Source of the DNA: Mobula hypostoma | Taxonomy: Eukaryota | DNA length: 64,000 nt | Direction: 5' to 3' | Assembly: GCF_963921235.1 (NCBI RefSeq) | Contig: NC_086108.1 | Coordinates: forward strand, 80,106,001-80,170,000 | In this document: one piece after another, positions 1 to 12,055 of the stretch | Position numbering within the stretch: the first letter of the stretch is position 1 | How the letters are laid out: each line of letters begins with the position of its first letter | Notes under the pieces: generated by a model | What the model was told of the DNA's origin: nothing | The model's input: the letters and a program-made list of their open reading frames with translations, nothing else | Databases searched by the model: none | Program-made: the position numbers and the translations under genes

Positions 1-438
1 CTAACTTCCGCTAGGCCCCACCTCCCCCTCGTACCCCATCTGTTACTCTTTTTAATGCACACATTCTTTCTCTCGCTCTCCTTTTTCTCCCTCTGTCCCT
101 CTGAATATACCTCTTGCCCATCCTCTGGGTCACCCCCCCCCGTCTTTCTTCCCGGACCTCCTGTCCCATGATCCTCTCGTATCCCCTTCTGCCTATCACC
201 TGTCCAGCTCTCGGCTCCATCCCTCCCCCTCCTGTCTTCTCCTATCATTTTGCATCTCCCCCTCCCCCTCCAGCTTTCAAATCCCTTACTCACTCTTCCT
301 TCAGTTAGTCCTGACGAAGGGTCTCGGCCTGAAACGTCGACTGTACCTCTTCCTATAGATGCTGCTTGGCCTGCTGCGTTCACCAGCAACTTTGATGTAT
401 GTTGCTTGAATTTCCAGCATCTGCAGAATTCCTGTTGT
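1..438 (+). mobile_element. Penelope-like element (PLE) 3' end: last codons of the GIY-YIG ORF plus 3' terminal repeat; runs off the window start
   Basis: Begins ctaacttccgctag (..NFR*), matching the end of ORF 2547-3368 (DFSNFR*). Near-identical reverse complement of about 2117-2560. Contains a hammerhead motif. Confidence 0.85.
307..342 (+). ncRNA. Minimal type I hammerhead ribozyme (PLE-associated)
   Basis: AGTC-CTGACGA-A-GGGTCTCGGCCT-GAAACGTC-GACT: CUGANGA and GAAA core boxes, stem I AGTC/GACT, loopless palindromic helix III ACGT, GUC cleavage triplet ending at 338. Confidence 0.75.
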
Positions 439-439
439 T

Positions 440-2114
440 TCCCACTTCCTCATTGTCATTTATAAAAATCATTAGGAGCAAGGGTACCTGAACAAATCCC
501 TGCAGAACACCTTTGGTCACTGACCTCTAGGCAGAAAAGTCTCCATCAATTATTGCACAAGCCACTTTTAGAATCCACGCAGCCATGCCTCTTGACTTTC
601 TGAATTAACCTGCTACGGGGGACCTTGTTGAACGCCTTACTAAAATCCATACCCACATCCACTGCTCTACCTTCATCAATATGTTTTATGACTTCTTCAA
701 AGAATTCAATCAGGCTCATGAGGCATGACCTACCCCTCACAAAGCAATGTTAACTATCCCTAATTAGACTTGCTTCTCCAAATGTTCGTAAAACCTGTCT
801 CTAAGAATCCTCTTCAGAAGTTTGCCCATCAATGATGTAAGACTCACTAGTCTATAATTTCCAGGATTATCCCTATTACCTTTCTTAAACTAGGAGGATG
901 GAGGAGGAGAAGATGGCGGCACGACAGCAGCGCAAGTGGCCACTTCGGTGGTGATGTCTGTTATCTGTCAAGTAGGGGACCGTGCACAATCCTGATTTGA
1001 TGGACACAGACGTGAGAGTGCGGAGGAACATCTGGAAAACTTCTGAAATGTTCGCTTTGCTGCTGCTGCTAATGTGCGGTAACCGGAATCTCCGGAGCAG
1101 AAGGCCCCGAAATCCTCGGCTTTGCGTGTTTCAGCGGCCAGGGCGAGGTCAAAGGCGCTTGGCAGAGGATGGCACTCGGGAGGCTGTATCGGAGAGGCTG
1201 GTTGGAAGCTTGAAGTTTTCGTACGGATGGACTCAGTGTTGGCTGTGGTCGGCTGCTTCCAAGGTATCGGCAAGTTGACGGTGCCTGGAGGTTTATGGCA
1301 GGGAGTTTCTCCCTTTTGCCACCGCTATCGGGGACTCAGGAGTCGATTGACTCGATGACTTTTGAGATTTTATTTACCGTGCCCATGGTTTGTTCTTCAA
1401 CAAATTATGGTACTGCTTTGCACTGCTGTAACTATATGTTATAATTATATGGTTCTGTCAGTCTTTGGTTTGTCCCGTTTTCTGTGATATCACTCCAGAG
1501 AAACATTGTATCATTTCTTAATCCATGTATGCATTTCTAAATGACAATAAAAGAGGACTGAGTGTTCTCATAATCTAAACCTAAACAAAGGAATAACATT
1601 TTCCATCCTCCAATCATCTGGTATTACTCCTGTGGCCAGTGAGGATGCAAAGATCATTCCCAAACACGCAACAATCTCTTCCCTTGCTTCTCATTGTAAC
1701 ATAGATATTTCGCACCTGGCCAAGGAACTTATATATTTTAATGTTTTTCATTTGTTCCAAAAAAAATCCTCTTTTTTAATGTCGAAATGTTTTAGCATAT
1801 CAGCCTGTCTTATGCTGGTCTCACAGTTGTCACAAGTCCCTCTTCACCGGTGAATAATGAAATAAAATATTCATTAATGATTTCCTCTACCTCCTCTGAT
1901 TTCAGATTTCCTTTTCTATCCCTGATTGGTCCAACCCTCACTCTAGTCATCCTCCCGTTCCTCACATAGGTGTGGTGTTTTCCTTAACCCTATGCGCCTT
2001 CTCGTGTCCCCTTCTGGCTCTTCTAAGCCTCTTCTTAAGCTCTTCCTGGCTACCTTATGACTTCCAAGAGCCCTGTCAGATCTTTGCTTTCTAAACCTTA
2101 AGTTTCCTTCTTTC
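440..2114 (-). mobile_element. Decayed CR1 LINE ORF2 fragment, interrupted at 891-1580 and by the PLE at 2115
   Basis: ORF 546-740 reads GRSCLMSLIEFFEEV..DFSKAFNKVP, a CR1 RT motif. Sequence resumes at about 4359. Confidence 0.8.
891..1580 (+). mobile_element. About 690-bp non-autonomous retroposon-like repeat, copy 1
   Basis: Highly similar second copy at 44131-44812. GC/CpG-rich head with AAGATGGCGG; 3' AATAAA then a TAATCTAA tail. Splits a CR1 with a short TAAAC duplication. Confidence 0.75.
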
Positions 2115-4358
2115 ACAAACAACAGGAATTCTACAGATGCTGGAAATTCAAGCAACACACATCAAAGTTGCTGGTGAACGCAGCAGGCCAGGCAGCATCT
2201 CTAGGAAGAGGTACAGTCGACGTTTCAGGCCGAGACCCTTCATCAGGACTAACTGAAGGAACAGTTAGTAAGAGATTTGAAAGTGGGAGGGGGAGGGGGA
2301 GATCCAAAATGGTAGGAGAAGACAGGAGGGGGAGGGATGGAGCCAAGAGCTGGACAGGTGATTGGCAAAGGGGATATGAGAGGATCATGGGACAGGAGGT
2401 CCGGGGAGAAAGACAGTTGGGGGGGAGGAACCCAGAGGATGGGCAAGGGGTATAGTCAGAGGGACAGAGGGAGAAAAAGGAGAGTGAGAGAAAGAATGTG
2501 TGTATAAAAATAAATAACGGATGGGGTACCAGGGGGAGGTGGGGCATTAGCGGAAGTTAGAAAAGTCGATGTTCATACCATCAGGTTGGAGGCTACCCGG
2601 GCGGAATATAAGGTGTTGTTCCTCCAACCTGAGTGTGGCTTCATCTTTACAGTAGAGGTGGCCGTGGATAGACATGTCAGAATGGGAATGGGATGTGGAA
2701 TTAAAATGTGTGACCACTGGGAGATCCTGCTTTCTCTGGCGGACAGAGCGTAGGTGTTCCGCAAAGCAGTCTCCCAGTCTGCGTCGGGTCTCGCCAATAT
2801 ATAGAAGGCCACATCGGGAGCATCGGACGCAGTATATCACCCCAGCCGACTCACAGGTGAAGTGTTGCCTCACCTGGAAGGACTGTCTGGGGCCCTGAAT
2901 GGTGGTAAGGGAGGAAGTGTAAGGGCATGTGTAGCACTTGTTCCGCTTACAAGGATAAGTGCCAGGAGGGAAATCAGTGGGGAGGGATGGGGGGTACAAA
3001 TGGACAAGGGAGTCGCATAGGGAGCGATCCCTGCGGAAAGCAGAGAGAGGTGGGGAAGGAAAGATGTGCTTAGTGATGGGATCCTGTTGGAGGTGGCGGA
3101 AGTTACGGAGAATAATATGTTGGACCTGGAAGCTGATGGGGTGGTAGGTGAGGACCAGGGGAACCCTATTCCTATTGGGACGGCAGGAGGATGGAGAGAG
3201 AGCAGATGTACGTGAAATGGGGGAGATGCGTTTGAGAGCAGAGTTGATAGTGGAGGAAGGGAAGCCCCTTTCTTTAAAAAAAGGACACCTCCCTCGTCCT
3301 AGAATGAAAAGCCTCATCCTGAGAGCAGATGCAGCAGAGATGGAGGAATTGCGAGAAGGGGATGGCATTTTTGCAAGAGCCAGAGTGAAAGAGGAATAGT
3401 CCAGATAGCTGTGAGAGTCAGTAGGCTTATAGTAGACATCAGTGGATAAAGTTGTTTCCAGAGACAGAGACAGAAAGATCTAGAAAGGGGAGGGAGGTGT
3501 CGGAAATGGACCAGGTAAACTTGAGGGCAGGCTGAAAGTTGGAGGCAAAGTTAATAAAGTCAACGAGTCAACGTGCAGGAAGCAGCGCCAATGCAGTCGT
3601 TGATGTAGCGAAGGAAAAGTGGGGGACAGATACCAGAATAGGCACGGAACATAGATTGTTCCACAAAGCCAACAAAATGGCAGGCATAGCTAGAACCCAT
3701 ACGGGTGCCCATAGCTACACCTTTAGTTTGGAGGAAGTGGGAGGAGCCAAAGGAGAAATTATTAAGAGTAAGGACTAATTCCGCTAGACGGAGCAGAGTG
3801 GTGGTAGAGGGGAACTGATTAGGTCTGGAATCCAAAAAGAAGCGGAGAGCTTTGAGACCTTCCTGATGGGGGATGGAAGTATATAGGGACTGGACATCCA
3901 TGGTGAAAATAAAGTGGTGGGGGCCAGGGAACTTAAAATCATCGAAAAGATTAAGAGTGTGAGAAGTGTCACGAACATAGGTAGGAAGGGATTGAACAAG
4001 GGGGGATAAAACCGTGTCGAGGTATGCAGAAACGAGTTCGGTGGGGCAGGAGCAAGCTGAGACAATAGGTCTACCAGGGCAGGCAGGTTTGTGGATCTTG
4101 GGTAGGAGGTAGAAACGGGAAGTGCGAGGTGTGGGAACTATAAGGTTGGTAGCAGTGGATGGGAGATCCCCTGAGCGGATAAAGTCGGTGATGGTGTGGG
4201 AGACAATAGCCTGGTGCTCCTTAGTGGGGTCACGATCGAGGGGTAAATAAGAGGAGGCATCCGTAAGTTGTCGCTGTGCCTCGGCAAGGTAGAGGTCAGT
4301 ACGCCAGACTACAACAGCACCCCCCTTATCGGCGGGGTTAATAATAAGGTTAGGATCT
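2115..4358 (-). mobile_element. 5'-truncated Penelope-like retroelement (Neptune-type): RT, Cys linker and GIY-YIG endonuclease; disrupted
   Basis: ORF 3560-4411 has PADKGG, YLLPKIHK, GRPIVS, MDVQSLYTSIP, QTKGVAMG and RYIND (YIDD mutated). ORF 2547-3368 has the CKRNKCYTC linker and GVIYCVRCSRCGLLYIGET..EH. Probable TSD TTCTTTC at 2108-2114 and 4359-4365. Confidence 0.92.
2215..2250 (-). ncRNA. Minimal type I hammerhead ribozyme (PLE-associated)
   Basis: Reverse complement reads AGTC-CTGATGA-A-GGGTCTCGGCCT-GAAACGTC-GACT with an intact core. Confidence 0.75.
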
Positions 4359-4620
4359 TTCTTTCTCTTGATCGGATGTACCATATCTCTTCTCAACCAT
4401 GGTTCCTTCACTGTACCACCTTTTCTCTACCTCAGTGGGACAATCTATCTAAAGCCCCATGCAAGTGTCCCCTAAACAACCTCTATAATTTCCATTGTGC
4501 ATTTTCCTGAGTACATCTCTTTCAAATTTACGCTCCCAAGTTCCTGCCTAACAGCATTGCAATTTGCCCTCCCTCAATTAAATACTTCTCCATACCATCT
4601 GCATCTATCTCTGTCCAGGG
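4359..4620 (-). mobile_element. Continuation of the CR1 fragment split by the PLE
   Basis: Translates to KEPWLRRDMVHPIKRK, like the CR1 EN-RT linker (compare KEPW near 58160). Confidence 0.7.
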
Positions 4621-5349
4621 AGATACCTACTGTTTATCTTATAAGACCACAGCCAATAAGGATAAATCTTCTCTAACCCTCAGGAAACTTTGCTCCCTTG
4701 ACTGTGATTATAAATACACTGAACTGGTCAGACCTAGTTAACACAGCCGATGTGAAATAGTTCTCATGGCTTCGTTTGCTTCATATCATACTTTTGTTGA
4801 GAAATTAAGCAAAGTCAGGATATAGCTTCAGGCATCTTATCTACTTGCGATAAGAAACACTTGACATTTTGATGGCTTGATCATGAAGCAGGAAGTGTTT
4901 GATGATCAAAAAGGAACAAAGGCCAACAAATTCAAACACTGAAAATCCAAAATAAATAAAAGAGCTCTCTGGAAATACATAGCACATCAACTGGCCTCTC
5001 CAGACAGAATTAACGATTACACATTTCACATAATGCTTTACAATTTTATCACTGATGACTTTTATAACAAATAGTTACATAATTTGATAGCTATATGCAA
5101 ATTAAAATAGTACAAAAAATAATTGAATGCTTGATGACAACAAAACCTAAATTAATGCAACTCTATTCATTGTTTTAATCTGCTGCAGTGCCTGGTAAAG
5201 ACTTTGTAGGTCACCTCAACTAAAAATCTGTCTTTGACACATGCATCATTGACAGAATCCCACAACACACAATCCACTATAACCTTCCTAGCACTCCAGT
5301 CTAGCAAACAATCAAAAAGCAACCAACAGATGGAAAACAAAAGGCTTCT

Positions 5350-6290
5350 CAAGCAGATATACGAAAACATAACGGAGAACAATTTCTGATATAAATTTGT
5401 GATCTCATCTTTTTCTTTGGAGAAGTGGAAGGTATTTTAAGAAAACTCACAAACACCATAATTTTAATCATCTGTAAGAAAGATGATATTCTTCTGGGGC
5501 ATATACAGAGGAGTCTCCATGCTGTCTGCTGCTAGGAAAGTTCTTGAAATCATCATCCTCAACTGACCTCTCCAGAGGCCAGAGATCTGTTTCCAGAATC
5601 AATCTCTGTCAAGAGATGCCATGATTATCAATGCATGTCAAATCCAAGAAAAATTCATGATGGAACACCAGTCACTGGATCTGATGATACTCATCCTCGT
5701 AAAAGGCTTTCAACTCTTTCACCTCAGACAATAAAATTCCTTCTTAAAGTTGCTGTTTTCAAAAATTTGTTAGCATTCTGTATGTGTTATGCAATGACTT
5801 ACAAGCCATAATCCTAACCAATGTGCAAATTCAATTCAAGTTCAGACTGAGGTTCAAAAAGGCTATGTCAATGCTTCAATCCTCATCCCAGTCTTCCTCA
5901 CTGCAATACTGCACCTCCTTTCCAACAATGTCCCTGCTGGAATGGAGCTAATCTACAGGATGAACGGAATATAGTTCAAGCTTTAAAACCAAGATCACCC
6001 TCTGCTAAGTCATTGATTTATAATATGCAGATAACGCTTGCATACATGCATATTCAGAGACTAAGCTTCAAATTACTGCTGACTTTTTTCACCGAAGCAC
6101 ATGAGGGGATGGGCCTTAGACAACAGTTGGAAGACAGAGTTCCTTTACTAACCTGTCTCCCTGCTGCACAGTATCACCCTCTGTTAATTACAATGCAGCC
6201 CTGGAAAATGTGGATCACTTTCCATTTCTTAGAAACCACTTCTTTTCGCAGGCGGACGACAAAGAAGGAATTCATTAGTGTCTCAACTGC
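5350..6290 (+). mobile_element. Old, heavily decayed RTE-clade LINE RT fragment
   Basis: Degenerate RTE-like motifs: MIINACQIQEK (5621-5653), then KGFQ/KAF-like and EVQKGYV (GVKQGC-like). No intact frame. Confidence 0.5.
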
Positions 6291-6590
6291 CCTCAACTAT
6301 TGTCATGCTATACAATATACAAAAGAAAGTTATTGCCAAAGTCAAAATAAAAATAATACACTGATACAATAGCTAATGCTCTTCTTAAATTAAACAACAA
6401 AGATGGACATTTCTTAATAATTGCAATAAATCATTTGGGAGAGTTTGATGCTGCCAAGAGGCACTTAAGATGAAATATTGGTTCAATAAACATCACAATC
6501 TTCACTACTAGAAAATTGATCCTTAACTTTCACACATGTACATGTTGGTTTATGTTTGTATTTCCATATGCATTAGCTATATGAATTATT

Positions 6591-6780
6591 CACACAAAAG
6601 ATTCTGAAGATGCAAGAAATCTTTAGCAAACCACACATGATGAGCTCAGCAAGTCAGGCAATATCTATACAGTTAGCGTTTAGGCCGAGACCCTACACCT
6701 TGACCCGAAACATCCACTGTCTACTCCCCTCCATAGATGTTCACTGACTTGCTGAGTTCCTCCAATATTTTGTGCATGTA
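6591..6780. mobile_element. Decayed inverted pair of PLE 3' ends
   Basis: A minus-oriented PLE tail (..gcgtttaggccgagaccct) is joined to a plus-oriented tail (..gacccgaaacatccactgt..gctgagttcctcca). Confidence 0.55.
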
Positions 6781-8544
6781 GCCATATGAACTAAACTTGC
6801 ATATTAGAGGCATTTGGTTACATTAAGATCTGAACTTTTCTTTCGAACACCATCTTCACAAATCTTAAACCTAAATCATTATTGTTCTGAATTGTTTTTT
6901 TTAAAAGTCTGTGACCAAACTGTGGAAAGTTCAGCTCTTCATTCTGAATGATTCACTGTGACTCAACTAGAATAATAGGCAAGATATTTTGGACATTCAG
7001 ATGTTCACACACTTGTTATATTTTTATCCCATAGTTCATAAATGTTCTCCAATTTATAAATTAACTCTATGAATACATATTAGATAATTACTGGTTACTC
7101 GTGGGTGCAAATTGCAAAATCATGAGGTTCATTCAGCCTTAAGGAAAATAATGGTAATCAAGTTTGTAACATTTTCAGGAACACATACTCAATGAATTAT
7201 TTTGGTGTGAGCTGGTTTTCTCAATGATCACGATAGAATTCATCACAAAGCAGAATATATATGCATGTTTTTGCAATGGTTCCTTTGGATATTTTGTAAA
7301 TATATTAAACATCAAAGCAGCATAAAGGTGTTAACAGATCTTCATTTTATTGGGTTAAATGCAGACATGTTGAAGGAACCCGATAGGTTCATTGAAGGAC
7401 CTATATTGTCTTTTGGAAAGAGCAATAGGTTGGGATTTTGTAGGCTTCTTTAAGAGGCAGCTATTTACTGCAACACCAACCTATTTAAATAAATATTACA
7501 TCTGAATCCATATGGCTGTCTGGGTGAGATTAAACAAATTATAACATGAATAAATATATGCCAATTCAGAAAATCCATCATTGAATCATCACTCACTTTC
7601 ACACCTGAATGTTAACAAAACTGACATCTCTAACAGTTAAGTCTCTGTGTTAGTTTTCCTCGTTCATATGGGGCATTGTTTTAACATTCAAGCTTATTTA
7701 CACACAGTAGACAAGGCCCCCACTGACCCTTGGGTGGGAGTTAAGCAACTGGAAAACACACAGTGGTAGAGAGGTAGAACTTTGGGAAGAGAAAGAGTCC
7801 CTGTGCCACTGCCATACTAAGCATAACCCTCGCTAGTCAATACAGTACAGCACAGTTTGTGCGAAGTTTAAAGCTCAAACGGTCCCAAATTTAGAAAATT
7901 CATTCAGGTTAGCAGTCCGAAAATCTCCCTTAATTTGCTTCATAATGATTTTTATAAATTCTTGGTAGCATTTTCTAATTGAGAGGAAGTTAAACTACCC
8001 ATGCACCCTCATCAATGGCAAAAGCATTTTGAAATTGGTACCTGATGAATCAGATCATTCAAAAGTTGATTTTCATGTTTTCTGTATATGGTTTGCTTCT
8101 TTTCAATCCCTTCTTTGGTTATAACATGTAAACTTCAACCTCATCATTCCCCATCAAATTACATTAAATATGACTATTGACTTCATTTCTCACGATGTCC
8201 TCCAAGACCAATATATTTATATAATTTATGCTCGTCAAAGTATGAGTCAAAAAAGGACATAATCATAACAAGTACGATATTCTCATACATGCCCCCACCT
8301 TATGAAAAATATAAGTACAGAGAAGCTGCAATTTTTTTTTTGAACTCTGATTAGTTAGAGTTGTTTCAATAGTGGAATTTTCTAGAAATATAAATTAGTA
8401 TTTTGAACAATAAAATTTAGCCCTCAAAGGAGCAGAACCAATTCAAACCCACTGCTCATTCCTATATAGCTTGTCTCATGACAGTCCACGTTTGATGTCC
8501 AGATGAACAACAAATACGGCAGTTCCCGAATGTCAGCAACATCA

Positions 8545-8597
8545 TCATATCTCCATCAAGCGATCATTGCCCACAATTACTGCATTCACATGTTTTG
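8545..8597 (-). CDS. EIF2B3: Translation initiation factor eIF2B gamma, terminal coding exon (human exon 12 equivalent)
   Basis: Acceptor ttttctttctttgtttttgcag. The 53 nt encode (S)KHVNAVIVGNDRLMEI*, versus human ..KRVNEVIVGNDQLMEI*. Phase matches the previous exon. Confidence 0.96.
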
Positions 8598-8677
8598 CTG
8601 CAAAAACAAAGAAAGAAAATATGAAAAGAAAATTTAAGGAAATAAGTTTGCAGTGTTGATTAAAACTTGTACAAAAT

Positions 8678-9215
8678 TAGACCATAAGATATGGGCCATT
8701 TGGCCCATTGAATCTGCTCCATTTCACCATGGCTGATCCAATTTTCCTCTTAGCCCCAATCTCCCTTCTTCACCCTTTATCCCTTCATGCCCTGACCAAC
8801 CAAGAATCTATCAACCTCTGTCTTAAAATATGCATAAAGACTTGGCCTCCACAGGTGCCTGTGACAAAAAATTCCATAGATTCACCACTCCTCCTCATCT
8901 CCATTCTAAAAGGACGTCCCTCTATTCTGAGGCTGTGTCCTCTGGTCTTAGACTCTCCCACCATAGGAAACGTATTCTCCACAGCCACTCTATCATGGCC
9001 TTTCAACATTCCATTAGGGTTCAATTAAGTCACCTCCCCCCACCCCCCCCATTCTTCTGAATTCTAGTGATACAGGGCCAGAGCCATCAGACGCTCTTCA
9101 TATGATAAGCCATTCCATCCTGGAATCATTTTCATGAACCTCCTTTGAATCCTCTCCAGTTTCAGCACATCTTTTGTAACATAAGGGACCCAAGACTGCT
9201 CAGAATACTCCAACT
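8678..9215 (-). mobile_element. CR1 LINE 3' end fragment
   Basis: FPMVGESKTRGHSLRIEGRPFRMEMRR followed by the family 3' tail. Confidence 0.85.
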
Positions 9216-9714
9216 GAAATGTACTTGGAATTTCACCTCTGCTGTAGAAATTATAGCTTAATGAAAACTAAACATGCAAAAAGCTGTGAAGTGAATATTA
9301 ACTACTAATGGCTGATTAATGATGCACATCAAGGATCAAAAGACCAAAGGTCACCTTTGAAGGGTGTACACCTTTCCTTTCCAAATAAAACATTTAGCCA
9401 AGAGGCTTCTTTTGAGAATGATTTGTTATAACAACTTCGGAAAAAATGCTTTCAGTCTTTGGATTCCGACTCTATCCTCAGTACCATTCCTTTACAGTCA
9501 CCAGCTTAGTATTGCTGTGTGTGTTATGTTATTGATTATTCCTGCATGGTGGTTATGCAACAATTTCACTTGTTTTGCTATACTTCTATATAGAGTGTTT
9601 ACAGGGTTATGTTAAAAGTTAATGGATTAATAGGTAAAACAATGATTTTTATTACAATTAGTTTTTTAAAAAAATCTTCGATGGTGAAGAAAGTGCTAAA
9701 AATGATAATCAAGA

Positions 9715-10149
9715 ACATGATTAGGATAAATGTGGTGGTGATCAATCAGCATATAGGAGGAAGATAGAAAATCTGGCTGAGTAGTACGACAATAACAACT
9801 CAATGTCTGCAAAACCAAGGAGCTGATTATTGACTTCTGGAGGAGGAAGCCAGAGATCCATGAGCCAGTGCTTATTGGGGGAATCAGAGGTGAACAGCAG
9901 CTTTAAATTCCTTGGTGTTATCATTTCCAAGGACCTGTCCTTGGCCCAGCACGCAAGTGCAATTATAAAAAAAGCACGATAGCCCCTCTACTTCTTTAGC
10001 AGCTTGCAAAGATTCAGCATGACATCTAAAACTTGACAAACTTCTATAGATGTGTGGTGAAGAGTACATGACTGGCTGCATCACAGTCTGATATGGTAAT
10101 GCCAATGCCCTTGAATGGAAAATCTTACAAAAAGCAGTGAATATGGCCC
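9715..10149 (+). mobile_element. Rex1/Babar-like LINE RT C-terminal fragment
   Basis: Degenerate SAYRRKIENLAE, KTKELIIDF, FKFLGV and NFYRC motifs. Confidence 0.7.
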
Positions 10150-10236
10150 AGTCCTGACGAAGGGTCTCAGCCCGAAACATCGACTGTACCTCTTCCTAGA
10201 GATGCTGCCTGGCCTGCTGCATTCACCAGTAACTTT
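10150..10236 (+). mobile_element. Short PLE 3'-end fragment starting exactly at hammerhead stem I
   Basis: AGTC-CTGACGA-A-GGGTCTCAGCCC-GAAACATC-GACT (GTC changed to ATC), then a PLE tail nearly identical to 341-393. Confidence 0.8.
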
Positions 10237-10239
10237 GAG

Positions 10240-11140
10240 GCAGTGGAAGGTGTTAATCAAACTGAAGGGAAGTAAGCAGTGGCATTTCCCCAGAGGTCAG
10301 TATGTAATGACCATTATTGTTCTTAAATATATATTACTTAGATTGGCATTTCTAAGCACAATTCCCAAAGTTGGAGGAAGACTGTAAGAAACATCAAGAA
10401 AATACAGATAGATTGTAAGGATAAAGATGAGTGGAAGGTGAAATTTACTACTGATAATTGTTTCATTTTGATAAGAAGAATGAGGATAGACAATATAAAT
10501 TAGATGACATAATCTTAAAAGTGGTACAGGAAGAAGGGCAGAATATTTGCATATTTTATGGAAAGTGGAAAAGCAGGTTGAGAAGTTGGCTTTCAAAGGT
10601 ATATGGCATTCTTGGTTTTATTAATAGGACAGAGCATAAAGGCAAGAGAATATTGGCAAACCTTTAAAAAACACAGGCTCTACAACAATTAGAGTAACAA
10701 TTCCAGTCTGGGTGTTACACTTTAGAAAAGATACGATTAAAATGATTCTTGGGATGAGGGTTTTCATGGACAGACTGGAGAAGCAGCAGTGTGGATTTGA
10801 AAAGCAAATATTCTCTTGTGGAATCTAGAACGGAGTGGGGGGGAAGGGGTCAATATGTTTATTTAAGAGAACAGGGTTGCTAATTTAAGACGGGGGTGAA
10901 GCATTTTTTTCCTGTCAAGAGTGTCTTGCCTCTTTGGAACTTCCTCTAATGATCGTGGAAGAAGAGTCTTTGAAATATTCAAAAATAGATATATACTTGA
11001 AAGCAATGGAGTGATGATCAAGTATATGTAGTTAGGCAGGAGTGTAGAGTTGTGGTTGCAAATGAATCAGCTTTGACTTTATTAGATAACAGACAGGTTA
11101 CCTAAGCTGAGTGCCTTACTCTTGCTCCTAATTCTTATGT
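10240..11140 (+). mobile_element. Old CR1 3' fragment
   Basis: Degenerate K.YGILGFINR.EHK motif and a CR1-like tail (ccttactcttgctcctaattcttatg). Confidence 0.6.
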
Positions 11141-11646
11141 TTTTAAATCCAGCAAGTTCATAAACCCACTTCTTCTTCATGTGCCTTGCGCATTACATGC
11201 TTGGGCGATCATGGCTTTCCACATCGGATGATCCCATGCAGCGTCAATGATATCTCGCACACTTAGATCTGTCAGTTCTTTCACAGTGTCCATATATTTT
11301 CTTCTTTGCCTTCCTTTTCCGCGTTTCCCAGGCATACAGCCTTGTAATGTAAGGCATTCTGTTTCTCCCTTTGATGACATTGCCCAGGAATTTAAGTTTC
11401 CTCCCATTTAATGTTCTCATTAAAGATCTTTTTGTATGGGCACGTTGGAGTACTGTCTCATTAGTTACCCTATCTCTATATGATATTTTCAACATTCTTC
11501 TAAGAAACCACGTTTCTGTTGCTTCTAAGTTTCTTTGGAGTTCTGGTGTTATAGACCATGTTTCAGAAGCATACATATAGACCATGTTTCGGAAGATTAA
11601 CCAGATGTAACATTTTAGTAGCCTGAGCCTTGTTGTCATAGAAATG

Positions 11647-11726
11647 CCTGAAACGTCAACTGCACCTCTTCCTACAGATGCTGCCTGGCCTGCTGCGTTC
11701 ACCAGCAACTTTGATGTGTGTTGCTT
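11647..11726 (+). mobile_element. PLE 3'-end fragment inserted in the RTE, starting in the 3' half of the hammerhead
   Basis: cctgaaacgtcaactgcacctc...gtgtgttgctt matches 328-407. Confidence 0.85.
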
Positions 11727-11840
11727 CATTTTTTGGAAGTTGGTTTTGGCAATGGCAATTCTTCTTTTTATTTCTACTTTACTTCTAGCATCTTGTGATA
11801 TAAAGCTACCAAGATAATTAAAGCTGGTCATTTGTTCAAT

Positions 11841-12055
11841 CAACACACATCAAAGTTGCTGGTGAACTCAGCAGGCCAGGCAGCATCTGTAGGAAGAGGT
11901 GCAGTCGACGTTTCAGGCCGAGACCCTTCGTGAGGTTTCGGCCTGAAACGTCGATTGCACCTCTTCCTACAGATACTGCCTGGCCTGCTGCGTTCACCAG
12001 CAACTTTGATGTGTGTTGCTTGAATTTACAGCATCTGCAGAATTCCTGTTGTTTG
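11841..12055. mobile_element. Head-to-head inverted pair of PLE 3' ends
   Basis: Arms 11841-11925 and 11934-12018 differ by about 4 mismatches. TSD CATTTGTTCAAT at 11829-11840 and 12056-12067; removing the insert restores RTE GNQEIEQMTSFNYLG. Confidence 0.9.

Noticed and set aside
968..1358. Overlapping 78-138 aa ORFs here and at 44194-44718 as a small gene family
   Set aside because: They lie in a dispersed GC-rich repeat, occur on both strands, differ in extent between copies and show no recognisable domain.
7346..7351. Minus-strand AATAAA as the EIF2B3 polyadenylation signal
   Set aside because: Plausible (about 1.2 kb past the stop), but the region is AT-rich and variant signals lie closer. 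It cannot be supported without 3' end data.
8542..8547. TGA-TGA at the EIF2B3 stop as selenocysteine or readthrough
   Set aside because: The stop coincides with the conserved ..LMEI C-terminus, a tandem stop argues against readthrough, and I recognised no SECIS.
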